Assembly (NCBI GenBank): GCA_005223095.1
Contig: NJBQ01000003.1
Span: forward strand, 1-63,376
DNA length: 63,376 nt
From: Candidatus Aerophobetes bacterium Ae_b3a
GTDB lineage: Bacteria > Aerophobota > Aerophobia > Aerophobales > AE-B3A
Direction: 5' to 3'
Positions 36,968 to 46,135 of this stretch are shown here, piece after piece (within the stretch, counting starts at the first letter, position 1; every line of letters begins with the position of its first letter). The notes beneath the pieces were generated by a model. It saw only the letters and a list, made by a program, of their open reading frames with translations. It had not been told where the DNA came from and searched no databases. A program made the translations under genes and the position numbers.

Positions 36968-37519
36968 ATGATGCAGACAAGGGTAAATAAAACCAGACTT
37001 ACCTTAATTCAAGGAGACATAACTGAACAAGAGACAGAAGCAATAGTCAATGCTGCCAATACCACCCTTCTAGGAGGAGGAGGAGTGGACGGGGCAATTC
37101 ATCGGGCTGGCGGTCTGACTATCCTGGAAGAATGTAAAAAAATTCGGGCAAAACAAGGAGAATGTCCTACCGGGGAGGCAGTTATTACTACGGGAGGGAA
37201 TCTAAAGGCTAAATATGTTATCCATACTGTTGGTCCAGTCTGGTCAGGAGGAAAACGTAAGGAAGACACATTACTGCATAATGCCTATAAAAATAGCCTT
37301 TCCCTGGCTAAAGATAAGGGTATTGGGTCTCTTTCCTTTCCTTCTATTAGTACAGGTGCCTATGGGTTTCCCATTGAGCGTGCTGCTGAGATTGCTCTTT
37401 CTACAGTGCGAAATTTTCTTAAAGGATACACCTTTGAAGAAGTGCGCTTTGTTCTTTTCTCAGAGAAGGATCTAAATGTCTATGAAGAGGTATGGGAAAA
37501 AACAGTGAATCGTGTCTAG
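36968..37519 (+). CDS. macrodomain protein (O-acetyl-ADP-ribose deacetylase / ADP-ribose binding, YmdB-like)
   Basis: [33 protein letters not shown] motif. Start set at the ATG at 36968. Confidence 0.85.
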   Translation: MMQTRVNKTRLTLIQGDITEQETEAIVNAANTTLLGGGGVDGAIHRAGGLTILEECKKIRAKQGECPTGEAVITTGGNLKAKYVIHTVGPVWSGGKRKEDTLLHNAYKNSLSLAKDKGIGSLSFPSISTGAYGFPIERAAEIALSTVRNFLKGYTFEEVRFVLFSEKDLNVYEEVWEKTVNRV

Positions 37520-37572
37520 TATCTCGTATCTGGAAGAAAAGAAAAAAACAGTCTAAGTTCTGGATACTTGTG

Positions 37573-37610
37573 TCCCCTCACCTTAATCTTCTCCCCTCTG
37601 GGGAGAGGGA
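37573..37610 (+). repeat. second copy of the CCCCTCACCTTAATC..GGGGAGAGG hairpin repeat
   Basis: Near-identical to 6727-6765. Lies upstream of the nitroreductase gene. Confidence 0.5.
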
Positions 37611-37670
37611 AGAGGAATTGTTCTGAAGTATTTCTGGAAGTATTTAAAGTAGTAAAATAGGGAGGATCAG

Positions 37671-38249
37671 ATGGGAGTGTATGAAACTATAGTAAGGCGG
37701 AGAACTATCAGGCGTTTTGAAAACAAGCCAGTTTCCTATCAGGCACTGGAAAGGTGCGTAAATGCAGCCAGACTTGCTCCTTCTGCGGCAAATTTACAGC
37801 CCTGTGAGTATCTAATAATTGATGAAGAAAATCTTTTGGATAAGGTTTTTGCCACTTTGAAGTGGGCTGGATATATTACAGATGGGAGGCCAGCGGAGCT
37901 AGAAGTACCCAGGGCTTATATTGTTATCCTTGTTAATAAAGATATTTGTACTGAAGGATACCAACATGATGTTGGCTTTGCTGCAGAGAATATAACTTTG
38001 GCAGCCCTTGAAGAGGGTATTGGTTCTTGCTGTTTTGGGGCTATTGATAGGAAAGCATTGAGGAAGAACTTGAATATTCCTCCCAGATGTATAATTGATT
38101 TAGTAGTAGCTTTAGGTTATCCTAAAGAGAGTCCTTTAGAAGAACCTTGGCGGGATTCTGTTAAGTACTGGAAGGATGAAAAGAGAGTGCTTCACGTACC
38201 CAAGAGAAATTTGAAGGAAATACTGCACAGAAATACAATTAGTAAATAA
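37671..38249 (+). CDS. nitroreductase family protein
   Basis: RRTIRRF...APSAANLQP motif. Confidence 0.85.
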   Translation: MGVYETIVRRRTIRRFENKPVSYQALERCVNAARLAPSAANLQPCEYLIIDEENLLDKVFATLKWAGYITDGRPAELEVPRAYIVILVNKDICTEGYQHDVGFAAENITLAALEEGIGSCCFGAIDRKALRKNLNIPPRCIIDLVVALGYPKESPLEEPWRDSVKYWKDEKRVLHVPKRNLKEILHRNTISK

Positions 38250-38253
38250 TAAG

Positions 38254-38763
38254 ATGATTTGGAAATCCCTGGGACATTCTGACCTTTCAGTGGGAGGAAA
38301 GCCTGTTCTCATAAGAAGTCTTCTTCTTTGTACTGAATTAGGTGATTTTCATAGGTATCGTGTTTGTAGTGAGGCAGGAAAACCAGCCTGGGCAAGACTG
38401 GCCAAAGATGGTTCCGGTAAGATTGGTGCGTTGGTGACGGGGCCTTATTCAGAGATGCTGAAGATCCCCTCGCGCAAAGAAATACAACCTCACCTTTTTG
38501 TGCCGCTAGATTCTTTGAGCAAGAGAGTCCAGAAGAAACTTCTAATCCCTTTGAATTACGAACTATATGAGGAAGAGAACACTCTTGTGGCCAGAGAGAT
38601 AGCAGATGAGCCTTATTATCTAGCCAGTAGAACTTCATCTGTTTTTCATTACCCGGGCTGCAAGAGAGCTCACGAGGTAATTTCTGGCAATCGTATCTAT
38701 TTTAAGACCAGAAATGAAGCTTTAGAGAATGGATACCGTCCTCATAAAATATGTAACCCTTAA
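38254..38763 (+). CDS. hypothetical protein with an Ada-like metal-binding C-terminal motif
   Basis: C-terminus FHYPGCKRAHEVISGNRIYFKTRNEALENGYRPHKIC resembles the Ada-type Zn-binding segment. The N-terminal part is unrecognised. Confidence 0.4.
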   Translation: MIWKSLGHSDLSVGGKPVLIRSLLLCTELGDFHRYRVCSEAGKPAWARLAKDGSGKIGALVTGPYSEMLKIPSRKEIQPHLFVPLDSLSKRVQKKLLIPLNYELYEEENTLVAREIADEPYYLASRTSSVFHYPGCKRAHEVISGNRIYFKTRNEALENGYRPHKICNP

Positions 38764-38877
38764 AGCTGGGCATAGGGTTTAGCGTTTAGCGTATAGTAAA
38801 AAACAGAAAACTTTTAGAAAAACTGGACTAGCAGTATAGTTCTGGGTTATAATACAAACTAGAAAGGAGAAAACCTG

Positions 38878-39807
38878 ATGATCGAAGAAAAGACTTCTGT
38901 TGATGAGATTATGAAGCAAGCATACCGACAGGGAATTTTGATTCCTGCCTTCAATGTTGCCTACATACCTATGATTAAACCTATTATAGAGAGCCTTAAA
39001 AAGCATCGTACCTTTGGATTAGTGGAGGTTGCTAGACCAGATGTGGAAAAATTTGGTGCGGGTAGTTTTCGGAAGGTCGCCGAAAGGTATTATGCTTTGG
39101 GAGAGCGAATATTTACTCGCCTACATCTAGACCATGTGCCTGTAATTGACGAAGATGGGAAAAAGGTTGACTGGCAGTATCTTATAAAATTGGCTCTTGA
39201 GCTTAAATTTGACTCAGTTATGATTGATGGGTCAAGATTGAGCCTGGAAGAAAATATTTCTGTTACCAAAAAAGTAGTGGAACTTGCCCATAATTGTGAT
39301 GTGCCGGTTGAGGCTGAACTAGGAGCTGTGCTCGGTCATGAAGAGGGTCCTCTTCCTCCTTATGAGGAGCTTTTCGCTACTAAAAGGGGATTTACCGGAA
39401 TTAGAGAGACTGAGCGTTTTGCCAAGGAGACAGGAGTGGATTGGCTTTCAGTGGCTATAGGAAATGTTCATGGAGCTATAAGTGGTGTAGCTAAAGATGA
39501 AAAGAAGATTTCTGCCCGCCTGGATATAGAACATCTCAAAAAGCTGGTTGAGGTAAGCAAGATTCCTCTTGTTTTACACGGAGGCTCAGGTATTGAGAGG
39601 TCCTCAATAATGCAGGCTATTCAAAATGGCATCAGCAAAATCAATATTGGAACTTCCATTAGACAGGCTTACGAGTCTTCTTTGCGGAGCCATCCTGATG
39701 ATATTACTATTGCTCAGGATAAGGTAGGGCAGGAAATGGAACGCTTGATTAGAGAGTATGAATTAGAAGGTTCCTGGGATATCCTGGGAAAATGTATTAG
39801 TGAATAG
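38878..39807 (+). CDS. class II ketose-bisphosphate aldolase (fructose/tagatose-bisphosphate aldolase family)
   Basis: HLDH, MIDGS, EAELG, GNVHG and LVLHGGSG motifs. Confidence 0.8.
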   Translation: MIEEKTSVDEIMKQAYRQGILIPAFNVAYIPMIKPIIESLKKHRTFGLVEVARPDVEKFGAGSFRKVAERYYALGERIFTRLHLDHVPVIDEDGKKVDWQYLIKLALELKFDSVMIDGSRLSLEENISVTKKVVELAHNCDVPVEAELGAVLGHEEGPLPPYEELFATKRGFTGIRETERFAKETGVDWLSVAIGNVHGAISGVAKDEKKISARLDIEHLKKLVEVSKIPLVLHGGSGIERSSIMQAIQNGISKINIGTSIRQAYESSLRSHPDDITIAQDKVGQEMERLIREYELEGSWDILGKCISE

Positions 39808-39846
39808 TGAATGGTGAATGGTGAATTGAAAAAGGAGGCGATTTCA

Positions 39847-39987
39847 ATGGCTCAGAAAAATTATCAAAGGCGATTTCCTATAAGGAAGCTAAACCGAAAG
39901 AAAATATTTAAAAGAATGCAGCAGATTTCTCATCGACCCAGAACTGCCGGTCGAGGTTCAGCAGGAATTTCCAGAAGAAAACCCTAA
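39847..39987 (+). CDS. 46-codon highly basic upstream ORF preceding the MATE gene
   Basis: GGAGG lies 8 nt before the ATG. 16 of 46 residues are K or R, with no D or E. The TAA stop is 2 nt before the MATE ATG. Too short for the ORF track. Confidence 0.3.
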   Translation: MAQKNYQRRFPIRKLNRKKIFKRMQQISHRPRTAGRGSAGISRRKP

Positions 39988-39989
39988 AA

Positions 39990-41408
39990 ATGCCAAATAC
40001 ATCTTCCCCTGAAATACAGACTGAGGGTGTCAAAACTCTATTGGACGAGCCCAAAAAAGCTATCATTAGACTCGCCTTGCCTATGATTGTAGCCATGTCG
40101 GTGCAAACGATATACAATTTTGTTGATGCTATATGGGTCTCGGGGCTGGGTGCAGATGCCTTGTCCGCGGTAGGTTTTTTCTTCCCCTTTTTCTTTATGA
40201 CCATGGCTATAGCGACGGGGATAGGATTAGGCGGTGGCTCTGCCATATCCCGCAGGATAGGAGCCAGGGATAAGATAGGGGCAGATAACGTAGCAGTTCA
40301 TACTGTTGTCATAATGTTCCTGGCGGCAGTCTTTTTAACCGTCCCATTGTTTATTTTTGCTGAGAAAATATTCACCCTATTGGGTGCCGGAAGGACGCTT
40401 GCTATGGCAGTATCCTATGCCAGGATAATGTTCGCCGGTACCCTGATCATATTCTTCGCGAACATAGCAAACGCCATACTTCGTAGTGAGGGAGATGTAA
40501 AAAGAGCTATGTTTGCTATGGTGCTGGGAGCTGCAATCAATATTGTACTGGACCCTATTTTCATATATACATTTGGGCTTGGTGTTGCCGGAGCTGCCTG
40601 GGCTACCATTTTATCTTTATTCATTACATCCCTATTGCTGTTCAATTGGCTCTTTCTTAAAAAGGACAGTTACGTCTCGTTTAGTTTTGGTAAATTTCGC
40701 TTCAACAGGGAGATCGTAAGAGATATTCTTAGAGTTGGTTTGCCTGCCTCAGCCCAGCAACTGTCCATGTCATTTACCATGTTAATGATTAATCTTATTC
40801 TGGTTCGTGTTGGTGGCACTGATGGTGTGGCAATTTATGTCACCGGATGGAGAGTGGCGACCATTGCCATACTTCCTCTTCTTGGTATCGCTACCGCTGT
40901 TGTCTCTGTCAGCGGCGCTGCTTTCGGTCAAGGTGCTTTTAAGAAGATTAATATAGCCTTTATGCATGCTTTAAAGATAGGTATTATTATTGAGGTGGTA
41001 GTAGGTATTGCCGTCTTTTTCCTCGCCCCCCAGATTACGGCAGTGTTTACCCGGGCCCAGGGTGCAAATCGAATCGCCAGTGATCTCATAGTTTTTCTCA
41101 GGATAATGTGCTTTTTTTATCCAGCAACAGCCTTTGGCATGTTTTCTTCTTCTATGTTCCAGGGTGTGGGCAAGGGAATAAACGCCCTAATAGCAACAAT
41201 TGTTCGTACCGTCCTATTAACGCTTTTGTTTACTGCGCTGTTTACTTTCATCCTGGATATGGGTTTAATGGGAGTATGGTTTGGTATAGTAATGGGTAAC
41301 ACCATTGGAGCAGTGCTGGCTTTTTTATGGGCAAAATCGTATATTCGCGGCCTAAGTGCTACTATGAGAAAAGTTGAAACACCTGTTGTTGCCCCTTGTG
41401 ACTCTTGA
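39990..41408 (+). CDS. MATE family efflux transporter
   Basis: 12-TM pattern and a typical N-terminal LALPMIVAMSVQTIYNFVDAIWV motif. Confidence 0.9.
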   Translation: MPNTSSPEIQTEGVKTLLDEPKKAIIRLALPMIVAMSVQTIYNFVDAIWVSGLGADALSAVGFFFPFFFMTMAIATGIGLGGGSAISRRIGARDKIGADNVAVHTVVIMFLAAVFLTVPLFIFAEKIFTLLGAGRTLAMAVSYARIMFAGTLIIFFANIANAILRSEGDVKRAMFAMVLGAAINIVLDPIFIYTFGLGVAGAAWATILSLFITSLLLFNWLFLKKDSYVSFSFGKFRFNREIVRDILRVGLPASAQQLSMSFTMLMINLILVRVGGTDGVAIYVTGWRVATIAILPLLGIATAVVSVSGAAFGQGAFKKINIAFMHALKIGIIIEVVVGIAVFFLAPQITAVFTRAQGANRIASDLIVFLRIMCFFYPATAFGMFSSSMFQGVGKGINALIATIVRTVLLTLLFTALFTFILDMGLMGVWFGIVMGNTIGAVLAFLWAKSYIRGLSATMRKVETPVVAPCDS

Positions 41409-41456
41409 ACGTGTAGTCAGAGACGAGGATATATTCTTTCCCGTGCAAAACCAATA

Positions 41457-41607
41457 CCGTTGCTAGTTGCTCGTTGCTAGTATCTCGTAAGAAAAAACCT
41501 TAAAATCTACAAAGCAATGCTGTTGACGGAATATGATTTACGTACTTTTTTCTTGCTCCCTCGGGAAGAGGGAACACAAGCGACTAGCGACAAGCAACGA
41601 GCAACGG
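41457..41607. repeat. heptamer-periodic inverted repeat (GTTGCTN arms)
   Basis: Left arm GTTGCTA GTTGCTC GTTGCTA GTATCTC. Right arm GCGACTA GCGACAA GCAACGA GCAACGG. The outer 8 bp are perfectly complementary. Confidence 0.55.
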
Positions 41608-41696
41608 ATTTCAAGGAATGTCCTTCGGTGCACATGTAAATGCCTGTACTTCAAGAAATATGGATAATACCCGCTAAGGCAAAAGGAGACAAGTAA

Positions 41697-42803
41697 ATGG
41701 GTGAAGATATTATTTGGGTTAAGTTTGATATTATGGAAAAGTTTATGGTTGATGTTTTCAAAGGGTTAGGAGTTGCTGAAAAAGATGCAGAAGTCTGCGC
41801 TGATGTTCTCATTACTGCAGATAAAAGAGGAATAGATTCTCACGGCATCAACCGCTTAAAGCCAATATATTATGATAGAATTAAAGCAGGAATTCAGTCT
41901 CCTGTTACTCATTTTGAAATTGTAAAAGAGGAAGCTAGCACAGCTGTTGCTGACGGTCATAACGGGATGGGGCAAGTAATCTCTAAAAAGGCCATGGCTA
42001 TGGCTATTGAAAAGGCTAAGAAATTTGGCATGGGAATGGTTGCTGTGAGAAATTCTACTCATTATGGCATTGCCGGGTACTATGCAACGATGGCTGTGCA
42101 AGCAGGTATGATTGGAATTACCGGAAGCAATGCCAGACCATCCATTGCGCCAACTTTCGGCGTCGAAAATATGTTGGGAACAAATCCTCTGACTTTTGGA
42201 ATTCCTACAGATGAAGAATTTCCCTTTGTTCTTGATTGTGCTACCTCGATCACTCAACGCGGGAAAATTGAAGTATATGATAGGGAGGGAAAAGAAATCC
42301 CCAGGGGTTGGGTCATAGACGAAAGCGGAAAGACGAGAACAGATACTCACCAGATCTTGAAAGAGTTGCAGACGGGGAAGGCGGCTCTTGCACCCCTTGG
42401 TGGCATTGGGGAAGAGGGTGGCGGTTATAAAGGCTATGGCTATGCTACTATAGTAGAAATTCTTTGCTCTGCTCTTCAGGGAGGAAGTTTCTTGAAAATG
42501 CTTTCAGGGATAGATGGTGGAAGAAGGGTTCCTTACCATCTTGGACATTTTTTTATAGCAATTAATATCCCTTTCTTTATAGATTTGAAGTCCTTTAAGA
42601 AAACAGCAGGTAATATTTTAAGGGCTCTGCGTGCTTCAAAGAAAATGCCGGGGGAGAGTAGGATTTATACGGCCGGAGAAAAGGAACACTTTGCCTGGCT
42701 GGAAAGAAAGAAAAAAGGTGTTCCATCAAACAAAAAACTGCAAGAAGAAATAATTGAAATGAGAGATGATCTTGGGCTCACCAACTGTAGATTCCCTTTC
42801 TAA
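41697..42803 (+). CDS. Ldh_2 family (malate/L-lactate/ureidoglycolate/sulfolactate) dehydrogenase
   Basis: GIDSHGINRL, NSTHYGIAGYY and GTNPLTFGIP motifs. Confidence 0.8.
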   Translation: MGEDIIWVKFDIMEKFMVDVFKGLGVAEKDAEVCADVLITADKRGIDSHGINRLKPIYYDRIKAGIQSPVTHFEIVKEEASTAVADGHNGMGQVISKKAMAMAIEKAKKFGMGMVAVRNSTHYGIAGYYATMAVQAGMIGITGSNARPSIAPTFGVENMLGTNPLTFGIPTDEEFPFVLDCATSITQRGKIEVYDREGKEIPRGWVIDESGKTRTDTHQILKELQTGKAALAPLGGIGEEGGGYKGYGYATIVEILCSALQGGSFLKMLSGIDGGRRVPYHLGHFFIAINIPFFIDLKSFKKTAGNILRALRASKKMPGESRIYTAGEKEHFAWLERKKKGVPSNKKLQEEIIEMRDDLGLTNCRFPF

Positions 42804-42869
42804 ATATTTTATAGTATCAGAATTTTAGTATTTTTTTGATTTAACAGGGGGAGCAGGCCGAAGGCCGTT

Positions 42870-42891
42870 GAGGGGGAATGTTTTCCCCCTC
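42870..42891. terminator. bidirectional terminator hairpin between convergent genes
   Basis: GAGGGGGAA-tgtt-TTCCCCCTC flanked by A/T runs. Confidence 0.6.
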
Positions 42892-42957
42892 AAATATCTT
42901 GGAGCATGGAAGTTTCGGCCTATACCTTACTTTTAGCCAATTTAATGAGGTGAGGGC

Positions 42958-44409
42958 TTACTGGCAGCCACAGTCAGAGATACTTTTGTCTTCGGTTTGT
43001 TCCAGTATCCAATCGCTCATTATCTTTAAAGCAGTAGGTGAGATGGTTTCTTCAATCTTTGCGTATTCAGAGGGAGAACCAGTCTCAGCTGTCTGGAAGA
43101 GATGATTAAGACCCGGTAGTTCCTTTATGGTGTAGTTATTGTTGCCTGCAAGCTTCAGCGCTTCCTCAATGGCAGCCAGATTCTCTTTGGGTGGCACCTG
43201 GAGGTCTTTCTGGCCATTAATGGCCAGTACAGGGCATTTGACCTCCATCAAAGTTGGCCTGGGATCATAGGTCAAAAAGTAGCGAAACCAGGGAGACAAT
43301 ATTAACTTAATCTGGGCTTCAGCGTTAGCCTGAGCCATCTCTTTTTCTTTTTCACTGAGTTCGAGTTCTGATATCACATCCTCCAATATGGTGCGGAGTC
43401 TTTTTTCAGCCGATATACTGTCCTTTTCCTCTTTCACTATAGTAAACATTTGTTCTTGTAGGGAGAGGTTTTTGGCAATGACTTCATCACTTACCCCTGC
43501 TGCCCTGGCAATCAGCTCGGTCTGCAAATAGAGGATTTCCTCTCCGGTCAGACCTGTTCCTGCCATCAAAATAATGAAGGCAATATCTGAAGATTGAACT
43601 GCCACCATAGGTGCAATTATTCCTCCTTCGCTGTGTCCAATAAGACCAATCTGCTTTGGGTCAATCTCTTTGCGGCTCTTGAGATATTCCAGGCCAGCCA
43701 GAACATCGCTGGCAAAGTCTTCACTTGTAGCCTGAGTAAAATCACCGCCTGATTTCCCTACTCCTCGGTCATCTACTCGCAAAACAGCAATACCGCAGCG
43801 CGTAAGATAATCTGCCAGTACCAGAAAGGGTTGATGACCGAGCAGGGTTTCGTTTCTATCCTGAGGACCAGAACCCGAGATGAGCAATACAGCCGGAAAT
43901 GGACCTTCCTGGGCAGGAATAGTCAAAGTACCGGCCAGTTTAACTGCTGCCTTCTTGTTCTCATAGACAACTTCTTCTTCCTGGTAGGGATAAGGTTTCT
44001 TGGGTTCCTGTGGTCGGAGGAGTTCGACAACTTCATCAACACGTTCGAGTACAAGAGGAAACGACTGCCCGCTTTGTTTCCACTCGCCTTGGATGCTCAA
44101 GTTATCATCCTGGAGCTTTCCTTCAAAGATCACCATAGCAGACTTAATTTCGAGACGCAGGTTGCCATTTTCAAAAATAACTTCATCTACAGGTATGTCC
44201 TTTGCTCCCTGGTCAGGGCTATCCATGCTAGCGCTCAGCACGCCGTCCGATTGTTCGGAAATCTTAAACACGATCCTGAGCTCTGTTGCTCCAGCCTTCA
44301 AAGTTCCCTGCCAGGCACCTTCTATAATTTCATTGTTGGAAGGAAATGCAATAGTGCTAAACAGCAGCGTTACTAAAGCAGCAATTATTACTGCCCTCTT
44401 TTTTCTCAT
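42958..44409 (-). CDS. secreted alpha/beta hydrolase (S9/dienelactone-hydrolase-like) with an N-terminal beta-rich domain
   Basis: Start set at MRKKRAVIIAAL (signal peptide). Nucleophile elbow GHSEGG. Confidence 0.75.
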   Translation of the reverse strand: MRKKRAVIIAALVTLLFSTIAFPSNNEIIEGAWQGTLKAGATELRIVFKISEQSDGVLSASMDSPDQGAKDIPVDEVIFENGNLRLEIKSAMVIFEGKLQDDNLSIQGEWKQSGQSFPLVLERVDEVVELLRPQEPKKPYPYQEEEVVYENKKAAVKLAGTLTIPAQEGPFPAVLLISGSGPQDRNETLLGHQPFLVLADYLTRCGIAVLRVDDRGVGKSGGDFTQATSEDFASDVLAGLEYLKSRKEIDPKQIGLIGHSEGGIIAPMVAVQSSDIAFIILMAGTGLTGEEILYLQTELIARAAGVSDEVIAKNLSLQEQMFTIVKEEKDSISAEKRLRTILEDVISELELSEKEKEMAQANAEAQIKLILSPWFRYFLTYDPRPTLMEVKCPVLAINGQKDLQVPPKENLAAIEEALKLAGNNNYTIKELPGLNHLFQTAETGSPSEYAKIEETISPTALKIMSDWILEQTEDKSISDCGCQ

Positions 44410-44522
44410 TTTTTCCCCCTTTTTTGAATAATAAGTGTCTTTGAATTTTATCTTGTTCTTGAGGTAAGTCAAGCCAATTAGATGTTTTCAAAGCTCTCTT
44501 TTACGTCATCTAATCTAATTGC

Positions 44523-44550
44523 TTGCATTCTTCTTTTATTGTGATATAAT
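44523..44550 (+). promoter_or_regulatory. sigma70-type promoter with extended -10 for the orphan three-gene operon
   Basis: TTGCAT (44523-44528), 16 nt, TGaTATAAT (44542-44550). An AAAGGAGAG RBS precedes the ATG at 44670. Confidence 0.5.
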
Positions 44551-44669
44551 GCAGCGGAATCCTCGATTCTATGACAATCTGATTTCAATAATCCTCTGTG
44601 TAGCCCAAGCGTGTGTCCAGAATGTAATGTGTGAGTATGAATTATGCTTCTTCCAAAGGAGAGTTCATA

Positions 44670-45377
44670 ATGGTCAATATTGATAATCTTAAAATCGCTT
44701 CCTTCCAAGTCTCGATATTTACCCCGACTGTCTTATTCTCTAAGAGTAAGATATTGGAAAGACTGATAGGCAGTTTTGCGGATTCTTTTGATGGTGATAT
44801 CGTTGCTATCCCCATCCCAAAAGATGCTCCAAAAGAGATTCCGAGAATAACTCTTCATAGTGCTGATGAAAAACTCAGACTGGACATTGCTGAAAGCAGG
44901 GTAAATTTGTTCAGATACCGAAAGGATGATGATGTAGGGATCGACACAAGTCAAATCCTTGATTTTTCTTTTCGTGTTATGAAAGAATACAAGGACTGTA
45001 CTCAGTCAGTAATCGGACGGTTAGCACTCGTAGTTGTAAGATTTTTGAAAAACGAGAAACCAGCTTCTACGCTGGCAAACTATTTCTGTAGAGAAAGGTT
45101 CACAAAGGAACTCTTTGACCAGATCCACGACTTTGAGATCCATTCGCACAAAAAGTATACTCTTAGAAAATTCAATATAAATAGTTGGGTTAGGTGTCAG
45201 ACTGGGCGGCCAGCGAAGGATAATCAGCCGATTATTCTGATCACACAGGACATCAATACTCTTGCAGAAGAGTTGGAGACAAGTGATTTTAGTCTTGAGC
45301 AAGTTAAGGCTTTTCTACAAGTTGCTCATAGAGAACAGGAGCAGATCTTATGCCAATACTTTTCCAAGAAAAAATAG
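44670..45377 (+). CDS. hypothetical protein A of the orphan operon
   Basis: 235 aa counted from the RBS-supported ATG. No motif I can assign. Confidence 0.6.
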   Translation: MVNIDNLKIASFQVSIFTPTVLFSKSKILERLIGSFADSFDGDIVAIPIPKDAPKEIPRITLHSADEKLRLDIAESRVNLFRYRKDDDVGIDTSQILDFSFRVMKEYKDCTQSVIGRLALVVVRFLKNEKPASTLANYFCRERFTKELFDQIHDFEIHSHKKYTLRKFNINSWVRCQTGRPAKDNQPIILITQDINTLAEELETSDFSLEQVKAFLQVAHREQEQILCQYFSKKK

Positions 45378-46129
45378 CCCCGGATGTAGACGTAGCAGAG
45401 GTTTACGACCCAGACCTGAATCCTGTCAAAGGTCCAGGTGGCACGGGGGTTTCATTATTCTTCTCCGAAGGAGAATTGGGCAGGTATTACGTTTCGTCTG
45501 TTGCTGGTGCAACATCAAGCATATCTCTTCAAATAGGACAAGAATGTATTAATGATAAGATTGACCGTTTAGCCCTTTGGAATTGGCTCGGTGGAAATAT
45601 TTCTTCTTGGACTAAACTTAATAAAGAAGAGAATGTATCAGGTGGTTCCTTGTCTTGCCGTGATCTTATTGGAGAGGGAGTAGATTTCTACGCTTTAGCT
45701 ACGAAATCTCTTTTCAATCGTTCTGATGACATCCCTGAATTCGAGTTGGCTGAGAGGTTGCGACCTGCTTTAAGAGACACGGTGGATCGTATTAAAAGTT
45801 TTGCTTCTCTGGGTGACAATTGGGATTCCTATGGTGCAGAAGCCATAGAAGGATCGACAATAGTCAAAGCTATCCGTTTTTTTTCAATTATCGTTTCTAA
45901 GCTACCCAAGGACGCTGCTCTTCCTTTTGTTGCCCCGGCGTGTGATGGGCACATTCATTTTGAATGGGAAATGGTCTTCAAGGCGTTGAAGCTTTCCATT
46001 CCAAAAGAAGAGAATACTCCGTGGGAGTATCTGTCAATCGACAAGACTTCGAAAAAGACAAGGCGGGAGCCAGGGAGAGCGCTCAATATGGGAAAAATGG
46101 CAGACATTGTACTCGATTGGATGAGTTAA
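45350..46129 (+). CDS. hypothetical protein B of the orphan operon
   Basis: AGGAG lies 8 nt before the ATG. Overlaps A by 28 nt. The C-terminal half has a GDNWDSYGAEAI...DGHIHFEW pattern that I associate only loosely with small phage or immunity-type proteins. Confidence 0.6.
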   Translation: MPILFQEKIAPDVDVAEVYDPDLNPVKGPGGTGVSLFFSEGELGRYYVSSVAGATSSISLQIGQECINDKIDRLALWNWLGGNISSWTKLNKEENVSGGSLSCRDLIGEGVDFYALATKSLFNRSDDIPEFELAERLRPALRDTVDRIKSFASLGDNWDSYGAEAIEGSTIVKAIRFFSIIVSKLPKDAALPFVAPACDGHIHFEWEMVFKALKLSIPKEENTPWEYLSIDKTSKKTRREPGRALNMGKMADIVLDWMS

Positions 46130-46135
46130 AAGAAC

